DNA of 64,000 nucleotides from Lachnospiraceae bacterium UBA7050 (GCA_002493905.1 DLAJ01000023.1:4375-68374); one strand, 5' to 3'. Shown: positions 47,901 through 57,459, counted from the first letter of the stretch. The notes: generated from the letters alone by a model not told the origin. A program made the numbers and translations.

Positions 47901-49860
47901 AAGCGTTGTCAATTTCCATGCCGGGGTGGGCGATCTGAATGGACTCCACACTGTTTAGATAGCGAAACAGATCTGCCGTTTGGGCAAGGATATCCGTCCC
48001 GTTTTTGGAACCGTCGCGGAAAATGTCCATGGCGTCCGATACGGTTCCAAATGCGTCTTCTAGTCCGTCGGAAAGTTCTTCTGCATCCTTGAGCGCATCC
48101 TGCAGATGCCGGGATGCCTCATCCATGGGATCGGACATTTGAATGATGATGTCCAGTCCTGCCTGAATTTCGTTTAGTCCGTCCTGAAAACGGTCACTGT
48201 CTGTATCCGGATTTTCCCTTATTGTTTCGGCTCCGTCGTTGATTGTCTGCAGCGCGACGCACATTTCATTCATGGAATCAGATAGTTCGCCGGCCGCAGC
48301 GGAGGCTTCACTCATGCCGGATGTTTCGAATGCGCCGGACAGCCTGCTGAAAGCGTCGGAGTCTGCTGCAGCGGCAGAGGAAAGGTCTGAAAGTCCGTCT
48401 GTAATATCGCTGAGTCCTTCGTCGGTCTGATCCTGATTTTCTGTGTCGGCGAGTTTTCTTATCCCGTCGTTGATCTTTCTCAGTCCTGCCTGCATCAGAT
48501 CGCCGGCGCGGCTGAAATCATCGGCAGCAAGCCGGAGATCCTGGGCTGCCTGACCGCTGAACTGTTCTGTGTCCGCCAGCTGGAGCGTGGCAGTATGCAG
48601 AAGGTCAAAACCGCGGGAGAGCACTTCCGACAGTCCGACGGTGTCTTCTGTAATCTGCGATAGGCGTCCGACGGTGTCCGAGAGGATGCTGCTGGCCCGA
48701 TTGATTTCATCAATGGCGTTGCTGCCATAATCAGAATACAAATCAGACAGAGTATCCACATGGTTTATGGCGCTGTCAACGGTGCCGCTGATTCCGGTAA
48801 GCTGGCCCGACAGATCGGAGCCGAGGGAATCCGCATCCGCTGCCGCATTGTCGATCAGCGTGTTGAGCCGGTTTAATTCCTGACGGATATTTTCTAACTG
48901 ATCCATCGTGAGATTCAGTATAATATAAGGTTCTGCCTGACCCGCGATCCCACCGATGTCCTTACGGCCAAAAACCTCGCCGCGGTTGACGCAGCCGGTG
49001 ATATGTCCGCTGCTGCGCCCTGCAATCCCGCCTACGTTGTAACCGATATGCTGATAGCCGATCACAGCCAGATTTGTGCAGCTTTTTATCGTGCCGGAAG
49101 AGTATCCGGCGATGCCTCCGGTATCGGTAGCGATATTCACCGTATCAAGCGCATGAATATCGTATAGATCATTGGAGGCGCCGAAATTCAACTCGTTGAT
49201 GTCGAGACTGGGATCGGCGCCGGCAATGTTGACATAAACCCTGTTCTCACAGATGGAGATTGTGCCGAGATTTCTTCCGGCGATGCCGCCGGTCATGCTC
49301 TTTCCGGTGACGCTGCCGCCGGCTGTGCAGTTCCGGATGGTACCGGTCTGGCCGTTGATGCCTGCAATGCCGCCTACGCTGTTTCCGCCGGATACCGTTC
49401 CGGTAAAAGAGCAGTTCTTAATGATACCGTTGTTTTCTCCGGCAATGCCGCCGGCGTTGTCTTTGGAACCATCTGGCAGAATATTGCCGGTAACGTTCAG
49501 ATCGCGGACGATACCGCTGGGCTGGATGGTTCCGAACAGACCGATGGGGGAAATGCTGCCGGACAAGGTGAGACCGGAAATGGTGTGCCCGCCGCCGTCG
49601 AAAGTGCCTCCAAAAGTAGGGATCGGTGAAAATTCTACGTTGGAAAGGGAAATGTCGGCGGTAAGCACCACCGTTTTGTCCTGGGACCATGCATCCAGTC
49701 TGCAGTATTCCGCAAGATCGATCAGATCCGCGGCCGTGTTTAGATAAAAGGTATCGTTATCCGGCGCCGCGGATGCCGGAAGTCCCGGTCCGGTGCAGAC
49801 AAGGATCAATATCAGAAAGAGTGCAAGCCTACGTATGTTCCGATAATTATGCTTCTTCAT
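44920..49860 (-). CDS. 1646-aa secreted/membrane protein: signal peptide, GLUG-motif repeats, Leu-x-x-Gly heptad/coiled region, GLUG repeats, two TM helices, C-terminal ectodomain
   Basis: Signal peptide ..PGLPASA. There are many G-G-I-A-G units (NAGGIAGEN, VGGIAGIN, TGGIAGRN, IGGIAGQA, TGGIAGSM, VGGITGFS, IGGITGAA). The central D/S/L-rich region resembles the YhgE/Pip heptads. TMs lie at about aa 1127-1149 and 1210-1232, around a Q/D/A-rich basic loop. Confidence 0.8.
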   Translation of the reverse strand: MKKHNYRNIRRLALFLILILVCTGPGLPASAAPDNDTFYLNTAADLIDLAEYCRLDAWSQDKTVVLTADISLSNVEFSPIPTFGGTFDGGGHTISGLTLSGSISPIGLFGTIQPSGIVRDLNVTGNILPDGSKDNAGGIAGENNGIIKNCSFTGTVSGGNSVGGIAGINGQTGTIRNCTAGGSVTGKSMTGGIAGRNLGTISICENRVYVNIAGADPSLDINELNFGASNDLYDIHALDTVNIATDTGGIAGYSSGTIKSCTNLAVIGYQHIGYNVGGIAGRSSGHITGCVNRGEVFGRKDIGGIAGQAEPYIILNLTMDQLENIRQELNRLNTLIDNAAADADSLGSDLSGQLTGISGTVDSAINHVDTLSDLYSDYGSNAIDEINRASSILSDTVGRLSQITEDTVGLSEVLSRGFDLLHTATLQLADTEQFSGQAAQDLRLAADDFSRAGDLMQAGLRKINDGIRKLADTENQDQTDEGLSDITDGLSDLSSAAAADSDAFSRLSGAFETSGMSEASAAAGELSDSMNEMCVALQTINDGAETIRENPDTDSDRFQDGLNEIQAGLDIIIQMSDPMDEASRHLQDALKDAEELSDGLEDAFGTVSDAMDIFRDGSKNGTDILAQTADLFRYLNSVESIQIAHPGMEIDNASDALLDSMKQLSQQMETLNLMIDSTSGTLTDDLRAVNTQLNQTMNTIFDAVYGIESGSGQDLLSDTSLEDINAVTSGKILSCINYAGVAGDINTGGIAGSMAVEYALDPEDDLSSDVPLYRREYELKAILQKCINYGSVTGRRDYTGGICGLSDLGLIICCEGYGTISSESGDYVGGITGFSGGTIQDCFAKCWLSGGDYIGGITGAAASSDDSGGTVSRCYSFVQITDYDQYAGAVSGSVQGAFQDNYFVSDDLAGLDRVSLSGQAEAMNYSSLLQVEGLPSEFKHLTLRFLAQDRILKKVTFDYGDSFSEDIFPDIPPLNGSFGTWDIQDLTSLTFDTDVTAVYTQYISTLACDAKRDDGRYVFLAEGLFRDEDIFTAVKTNVPENEASELFSSTFFSRRKLTETWQLDGLDSNTHIIRYLSPTGDSDGLELYARNQNGWVKLDTENAGSYLLTTVSGPTLEIAVVSQSANWPVLIAVFALAAALISCLTFGIVKHHRRRKAAECAADTAQDGTAQNENDAPQDGAAQNDAVRNDTAQDVSAAPLKIRKKRRKGLLIALGILTAGIAAGILIFLFSGLKDSLDVYFLLKKYDGKENLTTHLTLETQIDNQHHHMETLITRSQSEGKRVICAEQYGASFYYCEGLVYLENGQSFEMNGSFPDYPNLLSDVIALYKGSDISVFKNQGERIYSVTVDGDTALSILENLLPSAAGDLSHANPMEIVLVKRGGELAELRFHADGLCSDDENTPIAITAVLTVTDKNSSDVELPQRIREQISGAKKTEPVTDDAVFRLLESWIDLNAREPLTADVSLAADCGPLVLNDELVWNRIHANGLEVNSIRKNDHTYYLSNGNVYNSSGNRDNTAEPELSSPEHLLSLAYQLCVNGEIECTENDGIYTYLLTLDENGMAQAAHTILPDMENLSATLGSGSIQITITDKGIENIRFSCFGSVKVIVADVPVSLSAELHFRESVPDENLTVPDDVIDSLSKAAP

Positions 49861-52306
49861 GATTCTCCTCCTCTTTATGCGGATTTTCCTCCGTTGTGGA
49901 ACCGGAAATCAGGCTGAGGTTGACGCTTCCATCTACGGTGGCGTGCATGATGCCGCTGACTGTACCGGAAACCTCTCCGCGGACCATGCCGTCCACACGG
50001 ATGCGGCCCCTGGCATTCTTTTTTTGGAGCGCATTCGGCATGGAGAAAGAGGTCTTTTCAATGACAGTGCCGCCCAACAGAAGAATCTGCGGCAGAATGA
50101 ACATGACCAGAATGATGGAGAGGATGGTGCCGCGGCCGAGGCTTTGACCGATGCCCACAATGGCGGCTTCGGAAGTCATCTGTCCGATTAATATGCCGGC
50201 CACTGCCAGAATCGTTCCGGAGGTAATAATTGTGGGAAAGGCGAAATTCATTGTTTCAATGATCGCATCTTTATGATGCATTTCGTTTTTCAGGTCCATG
50301 TACCGGCTGGCGATGACGATGGCATAGTCAATATTCGCGCCCATCTGAATCGAACTGACGACCAGATAACTCATGAAAAACAGCGGTGTGCCCGTAAATG
50401 CAGGGAAAGAAAAATTAATCCAGATGCTTCCCTGAATGACTAATATCAGCAGAACGGGCATTCCGACGGATTTGAAGGTGAACAGCAGCACGACCAGGAC
50501 GATGAGGATGGAAACGACGCTGACCACCGTGTTATCGGTGCTGAACGATTCCCGAAAATCATATTCTGACGTGGAATTACCCGCAAGAAAAACGGACTGC
50601 CCCGGATAATATTTCTGGGCAGTGTTCTTAATGGTGTCAAGAAATGCGTAAGTTTCCTCACCGCCCTCAGGAAGGGTAAGATAGAGCAGCATCCGGTTGT
50701 ACTCGTCACCCTGAAGCTGCAGCTTTGCGTTGTTCATCTGCTCCTGTGCGTCATTTAATAGTTCGGAGGCATCATCGTCTAATGAGACGTAGCCCTTATT
50801 GACCTGCTCGCAGACGAACAGGAACATATCGATAAGCGGAACACTGTAAGAGGAAATGCCGCCGATGACCTGGCCGTAGTCTCCCTCGCTGACGGCATAG
50901 GACATGTATACCATCTGCACCAGTTCATAATCAAGACCAGCCAGCTCGGCGAACTGACGCGGGGTCAGCCTGTCGGCAAGCATATATCCGTCCAGCGCTT
51001 CAATATTAGACATGCCCATGGTGTAATCCACCTCGTCATAGGCTTCCAGTTCCGCAAGAAGCTGCCGTTCCGTATCATAGTCTCCGGTTGGGACCACGAG
51101 TGCCACCATGTTTTTGGAATTAAAATTGTCCTTAATCATCTGTTCAGCGATCTGTACTTCGTTGAGCTTGGGTGTTACGATATTGCCGTAGCCGTAAGCG
51201 TAAGGGCAGCTGCCGGAAAAATGAACGGCAAGCATTACAATGACAGCGAAAACAGGAGGAATGAGGAAGCGGGTTGCATAAGCAAATTTACCTACAAAAG
51301 AGATTTTCGGGATAAAATTGCGGTGCGCCGTCCGATCCATCAGGGGACCGAAAAGAACCAAAAGACCGGGCATGACCAAAAAAACTGCCAGAAGCGCGAA
51401 CAGAATGGCTTTAATCAGGCAGACCGCCATATCGGGGCCAAGCTTAAACTGCATGAAAAACATGGCAACAAGACCGCCGATGGTAGTCAGTGAGCTTGCC
51501 CCGATTTCCGGAATGGCTTTGCTCAGCGCTGTGATAACGGCCTCACGGACAGGAAGACTCTGATGTTCCTCCTTGTAACGGTTGCAGAGGATGACCGCGT
51601 AATCCAGCGACAGTGCCAACTGTAGAATGCTGGTTACGGAATTAGATACAAAGGAAATTTTTCCTAACAGAAAGTTGCTGCCCATATTCAAAAGCATTCC
51701 GACTCCGAATGTCAGAATCAGAACCGGCACCTCGGCATAAGTCTGGCTTGTCAGGATCAGCACGATCACAATAATGATCGCTACATAGACCATGATAATA
51801 CTGACTTCACGATCGATGATGTCTCCTTTGGCATTACCGAGACCGGTAGAGACGAAAATATCCTGTCCGGACAAATAGCTTTTCACCTGCTCTAAAACAT
51901 CGAGGCAGGCATCATCTTTCTCACTGTAATCAAAGGTGACGGAGTATAGTGCCGAAGCGTTGGCATAATGGTCGGGGCTGTCGTCGAACGCCACACTTTG
52001 GACTCCGTCCATACCTGCAATATGGTCTGCGATTTTTTGCGCGTCGTCCAGAAGAATGTTGGCGGCCATAATGTCTGCCGTGCCAAATGTAATGAATTGA
52101 TCTTCCATTACATCCAGACCCTGACGGGTTCCGGAATGTGTGGGCAGATAGGAGGTCAGGTCATTTTCCACGTCCACCCAGTTTCTGGAGAATAGGGAGA
52201 AGACCAGACCGATGACTACGAGCAGAAAAATCAGATTCCGGCGGTCCACAATCTGGCTGGCAAGCTTGAACATAAATGATTCATTTGTTTTTTCTTTCTC
52301 TTTCAT
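49847..52306 (-). CDS. MMPL/RND-superfamily transporter
   Basis: Two 6-TM bundles with large extracytoplasmic loops, and an N-terminus FKLASQIVDRRNLIFLLVVIG typical of the MMPL family. The 3' end overlaps the downstream giant gene by 14 nt. Confidence 0.8.
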   Translation of the reverse strand: MKEKEKTNESFMFKLASQIVDRRNLIFLLVVIGLVFSLFSRNWVDVENDLTSYLPTHSGTRQGLDVMEDQFITFGTADIMAANILLDDAQKIADHIAGMDGVQSVAFDDSPDHYANASALYSVTFDYSEKDDACLDVLEQVKSYLSGQDIFVSTGLGNAKGDIIDREVSIIMVYVAIIIVIVLILTSQTYAEVPVLILTFGVGMLLNMGSNFLLGKISFVSNSVTSILQLALSLDYAVILCNRYKEEHQSLPVREAVITALSKAIPEIGASSLTTIGGLVAMFFMQFKLGPDMAVCLIKAILFALLAVFLVMPGLLVLFGPLMDRTAHRNFIPKISFVGKFAYATRFLIPPVFAVIVMLAVHFSGSCPYAYGYGNIVTPKLNEVQIAEQMIKDNFNSKNMVALVVPTGDYDTERQLLAELEAYDEVDYTMGMSNIEALDGYMLADRLTPRQFAELAGLDYELVQMVYMSYAVSEGDYGQVIGGISSYSVPLIDMFLFVCEQVNKGYVSLDDDASELLNDAQEQMNNAKLQLQGDEYNRMLLYLTLPEGGEETYAFLDTIKNTAQKYYPGQSVFLAGNSTSEYDFRESFSTDNTVVSVVSILIVLVVLLFTFKSVGMPVLLILVIQGSIWINFSFPAFTGTPLFFMSYLVVSSIQMGANIDYAIVIASRYMDLKNEMHHKDAIIETMNFAFPTIITSGTILAVAGILIGQMTSEAAIVGIGQSLGRGTILSIILVMFILPQILLLGGTVIEKTSFSMPNALQKKNARGRIRVDGMVRGEVSGTVSGIMHATVDGSVNLSLISGSTTEENPHKEEENHEEA

Positions 52307-52429
52307 GACACATCTCCGTTATGTAAATATCTATTTGTAAGAATAGCAAATGCGCAGGAAAAAGCAATATACAATTAGTGAGGGTTGTATAGGGATCAAA
52401 AACAGGAAAGCAGGCCGGTAAAGAACCCG

Positions 52430-52458
52430 TTGACATGACGGAACAAAATGTATATACT
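52430..52458 (+). promoter_or_regulatory. sigma-A promoter of nrdDG (TTGACA-17-TATACT)
   Basis: TTGACA at 52430-35, a 17-nt spacer, and TATACT at 52453-58. AT-rich partial palindromes overlap and follow the -10 (see rejected: NrdR boxes). Confidence 0.55.
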
Positions 52459-52512
52459 GGTTATTGTCGGTACTAGATATTGTGTTTTGAATAGTTTGGG
52501 AGGAAAGAGTAC

Positions 52513-54702
52513 ATGGGCAGTACATATGAGGCGGGGGAGAAAGAAGGGGTTGACTATCGTTCTCTTTTTACGACGAAAAGAGATGTCAGGGTTATTAAGA
52601 AGGATGGGAGCACAGAATCTTTTAATGTGCAGAAGGTGATTGACGCGGTCGGTAAGTCGGCATACCGTGCATTGACGAAATTTTCGGAGGAAGAAAACCG
52701 GCAGATCTGTCAATATGTCGTCGATAAAGTGGACGAGATCGACAACGATTTAATTCCAATTCCGGTTATGCACAATATTGTGGAGAGTGCATTGGAGCAG
52801 GTCAAACCCATTGTCGCCAAAAGCTACCGCGATTACCGCAATTATAAGCAGGATTTCGTCCGCATGATGGATGATGTGTATAAAAAGAGCCAGTCCATCA
52901 TGTATGTCGGGGATAAGGAGAATGCCAATACGGATTCCGCGCTTGTTTCCACAAAACGCAGCCTGATCTTTAACCAGTTTAACAAGGAATTATATCAGAA
53001 GTTTTTTATGACTACGGAGGAAATCCAGGCATGCAGGGACGGTTATATTTATGTGCATGACATGAGCGCCAGAAGGGATACGATGAACTGCTGTCTGTTT
53101 GATGTTGCCAATGTGTTAAAAGGCGGCTTTGAAATGGGCAATATCTGGTATAATGAACCAAAGACACTTGACGTTGCGTTTGATGTGATCGGCGATATTG
53201 TATTGAGTGCGGCGAGCCAGCAGTACGGCGGTTTTACGGTGCCGGAAGTCGATAAGATCTTAGAGCCTTATGCGGAAAAATCATATGATAAATATATTGA
53301 GAAATATACGGCGCTCGGTATTGTAAAAGAGCGTGCAGAGGAAGAAGCGTTAAAAGATATTAAACGTGATTTTGAACAGGGATTTCAGGGCTGGGAATAT
53401 AAATTTAACACCGTTGCGAGCAGCCGCGGGGATTATCCGTTTATTACGGTGACTGCGGGGCTTGGAAAGAAGCCGTTCGAGAAGCTTGCAACAATTACCC
53501 TGCTGGATGTCAGGCGCGGCGGACAGGGTAAAAAAGAATGTAAGAAGCCGGTATTGTTTCCGAAGATTGTTTTTTTGTATGACGAGAATCTGCACGGCCG
53601 CGGGAAAGAACTTGAGGATGTGTTTGAAGCAGGCGTCCGCTGTTCGTCCAAGACAATGTACCCGGACTGGCTGAGCCTTACGGGCAAGGGCTATGTTGCA
53701 AGTATGTATAAGCAGTATGGAAAAGTCATATCTCCGATGGGCTGCCGTGCGTTTTTGTCGCCATGGTATGAAAGAGGCGGCATGTATCCGGCGGATGAGA
53801 AGGATGTACCTGTATTTGTTGGCCGTTTTAACATTGGCGCTGTATCTCTGCATCTGCCGATGATCCTTGCGAAGGCAAGACAGGAGAGCAGAGATTTTTA
53901 TGAGGTGCTCGATTATTATCTGCAGCTGATCCGTCAGCTTCACATTAGAACTTATGCGTATCTTGGTGAAATGCGGGCTTCGACGAATCCGCTTGCCTAC
54001 TGTGAAGGCGGCTTTTTGGGCGGGCATCTCGGATTACGGGATAAGATCAAGCCGCTCTTAAAGTCAGCGACCGCAAGCTTTGGTATCACGGCGTTCAATG
54101 AACTGCAGATGCTCTTTAATGGAAAATCGCTCGTGGAAGACGGGCAGTTTGCGTTGGAAGTGCTGGAGCATATCAATCAGAAGATTAATGAGTTTAAGGA
54201 AGAGGACGGCAACCTCTATGCGATTTACGGAACGCCGGCTGAGAATCTCTGCGGTCTGCAGGTCAAGCAGTTCCGTGCAAAATATGGCATTATTGAAGGT
54301 GTTTCCGATCGGGAGTATGTCAGCAACAGTTTTCATTGTCATGTATCTGAGGATATTACACCGATTGAAAAGCAGGATCTGGAATATCGTTTTTGGGAGC
54401 TTTCCAACGGGGGAAAGATCCAATATGTCAAATACCCGATTGATTATAATGTCGAGGCGATCAAGACGCTGATCCGCCGGGCGATGGATATGGGGCTTTA
54501 TGAAGGCGTGAATTTGTCGCTTGCATATTGTGACGACTGTGGACATGAGGAGCTTGATATGGATGTCTGTCCGGTCTGCGGCAGCCGCAATCTGACGAAG
54601 ATCGACAGGATGAACGGATATCTTGCCTATTCCCGTGTACATGGGGACAGCCGCTTAAACGATCCAAAGATGGCGGAAATCAAGGACAGAAAAAGCATGT
54701 AG
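52513..54702 (+). CDS. nrdD: anaerobic ribonucleoside-triphosphate reductase
   Basis: An N-terminal ATP-cone (VIKKDGSTESFNVQKVIDAV), a C-terminal Zn ribbon CDDCGHE..CPVCGS, and the glycyl-radical tail. Confidence 0.95.
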   Translation: MGSTYEAGEKEGVDYRSLFTTKRDVRVIKKDGSTESFNVQKVIDAVGKSAYRALTKFSEEENRQICQYVVDKVDEIDNDLIPIPVMHNIVESALEQVKPIVAKSYRDYRNYKQDFVRMMDDVYKKSQSIMYVGDKENANTDSALVSTKRSLIFNQFNKELYQKFFMTTEEIQACRDGYIYVHDMSARRDTMNCCLFDVANVLKGGFEMGNIWYNEPKTLDVAFDVIGDIVLSAASQQYGGFTVPEVDKILEPYAEKSYDKYIEKYTALGIVKERAEEEALKDIKRDFEQGFQGWEYKFNTVASSRGDYPFITVTAGLGKKPFEKLATITLLDVRRGGQGKKECKKPVLFPKIVFLYDENLHGRGKELEDVFEAGVRCSSKTMYPDWLSLTGKGYVASMYKQYGKVISPMGCRAFLSPWYERGGMYPADEKDVPVFVGRFNIGAVSLHLPMILAKARQESRDFYEVLDYYLQLIRQLHIRTYAYLGEMRASTNPLAYCEGGFLGGHLGLRDKIKPLLKSATASFGITAFNELQMLFNGKSLVEDGQFALEVLEHINQKINEFKEEDGNLYAIYGTPAENLCGLQVKQFRAKYGIIEGVSDREYVSNSFHCHVSEDITPIEKQDLEYRFWELSNGGKIQYVKYPIDYNVEAIKTLIRRAMDMGLYEGVNLSLAYCDDCGHEELDMDVCPVCGSRNLTKIDRMNGYLAYSRVHGDSRLNDPKMAEIKDRKSM

Positions 54703-54792
54703 GACCGGATATCGGCAGTAAAAGGAAAACAATTACGGGTAACTGGTTATGCATGGCTGACATGCCTGTATACAGCGGGAGAGATGATTCCA

Positions 54793-55302
54793 ATGAGATA
54801 TCATAATATTACAAAAGACGACATGTTAAACGGCGACGGACTTCGCGTTGTGTTGTGGGTTGCAGGGTGCGATCATTGTTGTAAGGAATGCCAGAATCCG
54901 ATGACTTGGGACCCAAACGGCGGACTGCCGTTTGATGAAGCAGCGAAGCAGGAATTGTTTGAAGCGCTCGATAAGCCTTATATAGCGGGAATTACATTTT
55001 CGGGCGGGGACCCGCTGCATCCGGCAAATAAAGCCGATGTGCGAAAGCTGATCAAAGAGATCAAAGACCGTTTTCCACAGAAAACGGTCTGGCTCTATAC
55101 TGGTGAAGTGTGGGAAAATCTGTATCAGGACCCGATTGTTGCCCAGCTTGATGTGCTTGTGGACGGGGAGTTTCAGATTGATAAAAAAGATGCCAAGCTT
55201 CTGTGGAAGGGAAGCAGTAACCAGCGTGTCATCAATGTACAGGCGACGCTGCGCTCCGGGAATGCCAAGCGCCCGGTTTTGTACTGCGGGAATTACAGAT
55301 AA
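54793..55302 (+). CDS. nrdG: anaerobic ribonucleotide reductase activating protein (radical SAM)
   Basis: [23 protein letters not shown] cluster motif and GITFSGGDP. Confidence 0.92.
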   Translation: MRYHNITKDDMLNGDGLRVVLWVAGCDHCCKECQNPMTWDPNGGLPFDEAAKQELFEALDKPYIAGITFSGGDPLHPANKADVRKLIKEIKDRFPQKTVWLYTGEVWENLYQDPIVAQLDVLVDGEFQIDKKDAKLLWKGSSNQRVINVQATLRSGNAKRPVLYCGNYR

Positions 55303-55350
55303 AAAAAGACTTCCGCTGACGCTCTTTTCAGAGTTTGCGGATGATGGCGG

Positions 55351-55407
55351 CAAAAGAGCGCAGAGCGTTCAAAAGAGCGCAGAGCGTTCAAAAGAGCGCG
55401 GAGCGTT
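55351..55407 (+). repeat. three tandem 19-bp direct repeats
   Basis: CAAAAGAGCGCAGAGCGTT twice, then CAAAAGAGCGCGGAGCGTT, between nrdG and dut. An inverted partial copy CGCTCTTTT lies at about 55318-55327. Confidence 0.9.
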
Positions 55408-55432
55408 CTTTGCAGAACATGGGAGAAGAGAG

Positions 55433-55873
55433 ATGGTTATGCAGACAATCAAGATTAAATATTTTACTGACGCGATTGATAAACTTGATTATATCGACGG
55501 GAAATCCGACTGGATTGATCTGCGTGCGGCGGCTGATGTCACTATGAAAGCGGGAGAATTTAAGCTGATACCGCTCGGTGTGGCAATGAAGCTTCCGGAT
55601 GGATATGAGGCGCACATTGTTCCGCGCAGTTCGACTTTTAAGAATTTCGGAATTATCCAGACAAACCATCAGGGCATTGTGGACGGCAGCTACTGCGGAG
55701 ATAACGATCAGTGGTATATGCCGGCATACGCGGTGCGTGATACAAAGATTCATGTCAATGACCGGATTTGTCAGTTCCGTATCATGGAGAATCAGCCGAA
55801 GATCTGCTTTGATGAGGTGGAACATCTTGAGGGAGCAGACCGGGGCGGATTTGGAACAACTGGAAAATCCTAA
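55433..55873 (+). CDS. dut: dUTP diphosphatase
   Basis: Trimeric dUTPase motifs [16 protein letters not shown] and RGGFGTTG. The true start is [10 protein letters not shown].. after GGGAGAAGAGAG. The track ORF from 55103 overlaps nrdG and is an artefact. Confidence 0.9.
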   Translation: MVMQTIKIKYFTDAIDKLDYIDGKSDWIDLRAAADVTMKAGEFKLIPLGVAMKLPDGYEAHIVPRSSTFKNFGIIQTNHQGIVDGSYCGDNDQWYMPAYAVRDTKIHVNDRICQFRIMENQPKICFDEVEHLEGADRGGFGTTGKS

Positions 55874-56040
55874 AAAAGCGCTGATTCAATTGCCGTTTTC
55901 TGAAAATGTATAAGATAACAGTATAAAAGGCTTCTTTGATGGCAATTCTTTCCTAAAAAGAAAAAGAGTTTCTTATGAGAACTTTTAGGAAGGGATGTCT
56001 GCGGCACAGGCTGCAGGCGTGCGGGAAGGAGGCTTTTTTT

Positions 56041-57459
56041 ATGCCCGATCAGCAAAAGATCAGCACTCATATTAACGAAAATATTTTATATTTCAAAAAG
56101 AAACTGGGGGTTGGTGTAAGCTTTGACGTGCTTTACCGGACGATTAAGATCGGCGGCAGGGATGCGATCTTTTTCTTTATTGACGGTTTCTGTAAAGATG
56201 AAATGATGCAGAAGATGCTGCAATATTTTTTAGACATAAAAGAGGATGAGCTGCCCGCCGATGCATGGGGAATGATGAAAGAAAAAATGCCCTATGTCGA
56301 GGCGGATCTGTCGGATGATAAACAGAAGATAGAAACGATGATCTTAAGCGGAGTGTTTGCACTGTTCATTGACGGTTATGATAAGGCAATCCTGATTGAT
56401 TCGCGTACTTATCCGGCGCGCGACGTCGGTGAACCGGAGAAAGATAAAGCGCTGCGCGGTTCTAAGGACGGTTTCGTGGAGACAATCGTATTTAATACGG
56501 CGCTGATCAGGAGGCGTATCCGCAGCACGGATTTATGTATGGAGATGTGTACGGCAGGAGAGTCTTCCCATACGGATATTGTGCTTTGCTATATGAATTC
56601 CCGCGTGGATAAAAAATTACTCAGCAAGATCCGTACGCGCATCTCGGAACTTCAGGTGGACGCGCTGACCATGAATCAGGAAAGCCTTGCGGAATGCCTG
56701 TACCATCACAGCTGGGTGAACCCATTTCCAAAATTTCGATTTACGGAGCGTCCCGATACGGCTTCCGCTCAGATTTTAGAGGGGAATATCATTGTGCTGG
56801 TGGATAATTCTCCGTCGGCGATCATCTTTCCAGCGACGATCTTTGATCTGATGGAGGATGCGGATGATTATTATTTTCCGCCGATCACCGGAACGTATTT
56901 AAGACTGACCAGATGGATTATTGCCATCTTTACGTTTTTGCTGACGCCGACGTATATGCTTCTCATGGAGCACCCTGACTGGATACCGGAGACTTTCGCT
57001 TTTATTCAGATGAAAGAGGATGCCAACATTCCAATCTTCTGGCAGTTCCTGATCTTAGAGCTTGCCATAGACGGGCTCAGGCTTGCGGCGGTGCATACGC
57101 CGTCCATGTTAAGTACGCCGTTAAGCGTGATGGCAGGCCTTGTGCTCGGGGAGTTTTCTGTGGAATCAGGGTGGTTTAACAGTGAGGTCATTTTATACAT
57201 GGCGTTTGTGGCAATCGCCAATTATACGCAGTCCAACTATGAGCTGGATTACGCCATGAAATTCATGCGCATCCTGACGCTGATCCTGACGGCATTGTTT
57301 GACCTTCCGGGTTATGTAATCGGCGTGGCAGTGACGATTCTTGCGCTTGCGACAAATAAAACGTTTGCGGGGCGCTGCTATCTGTATCCGCTGCTCCCGT
57401 TTAGTCCCAAAGCGTTGAAGCGGCGTCTGACAAGGCGGCGGCTTAGGAGCAGCAGATAG
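56041..57459 (+). CDS. GerA-family spore germination protein (SpoVAF/GerxA type)
   Basis: The soluble N-domain has FFFIDGFCKDEMMQ and DSRTYPARDVGEPEKDKALRGSKDGFVE, followed by a C-terminal 4-5 TM region. SD AAGGAGG 8 nt before the ATG at 56041. Confidence 0.85.
   Translation: MPDQQKISTHINENILYFKKKLGVGVSFDVLYRTIKIGGRDAIFFFIDGFCKDEMMQKMLQYFLDIKEDELPADAWGMMKEKMPYVEADLSDDKQKIETMILSGVFALFIDGYDKAILIDSRTYPARDVGEPEKDKALRGSKDGFVETIVFNTALIRRRIRSTDLCMEMCTAGESSHTDIVLCYMNSRVDKKLLSKIRTRISELQVDALTMNQESLAECLYHHSWVNPFPKFRFTERPDTASAQILEGNIIVLVDNSPSAIIFPATIFDLMEDADDYYFPPITGTYLRLTRWIIAIFTFLLTPTYMLLMEHPDWIPETFAFIQMKEDANIPIFWQFLILELAIDGLRLAAVHTPSMLSTPLSVMAGLVLGEFSVESGWFNSEVILYMAFVAIANYTQSNYELDYAMKFMRILTLILTALFDLPGYVIGVAVTILALATNKTFAGRCYLYPLLPFSPKALKRRLTRRRLRSSR

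Noticed and set aside
49847-49990. Bactofilin domain at the MMPL C-terminus.
   Set aside because: Only about 35 residues show the V/G periodicity, far short of a bactofilin beta-helix domain. It is mentioned only as a compositional oddity.
52445-52486. Tandem NrdR boxes at the nrdD promoter (AAAATGTATATACTGG and TACTAGATATTGTGTT).
   Set aside because: The second site has a good right half (TATTGTGT), but the left halves are weak. The centre-to-centre distance is about 25 bp, not the roughly 31-32 bp (integral helical turns) that I recall for NrdR operators. This is plausible but unproven.
55103-55432. The 5' extension of the dut ORF (256-aa track ORF), which overlaps nrdG and crosses the 19-bp repeats.
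   Set aside because: The extension is out of frame with nrdG and R/C/S-rich. The dUTPase homology begins only at [10 protein letters not shown], preceded by an SD, so the extension is an ORF-calling artefact.
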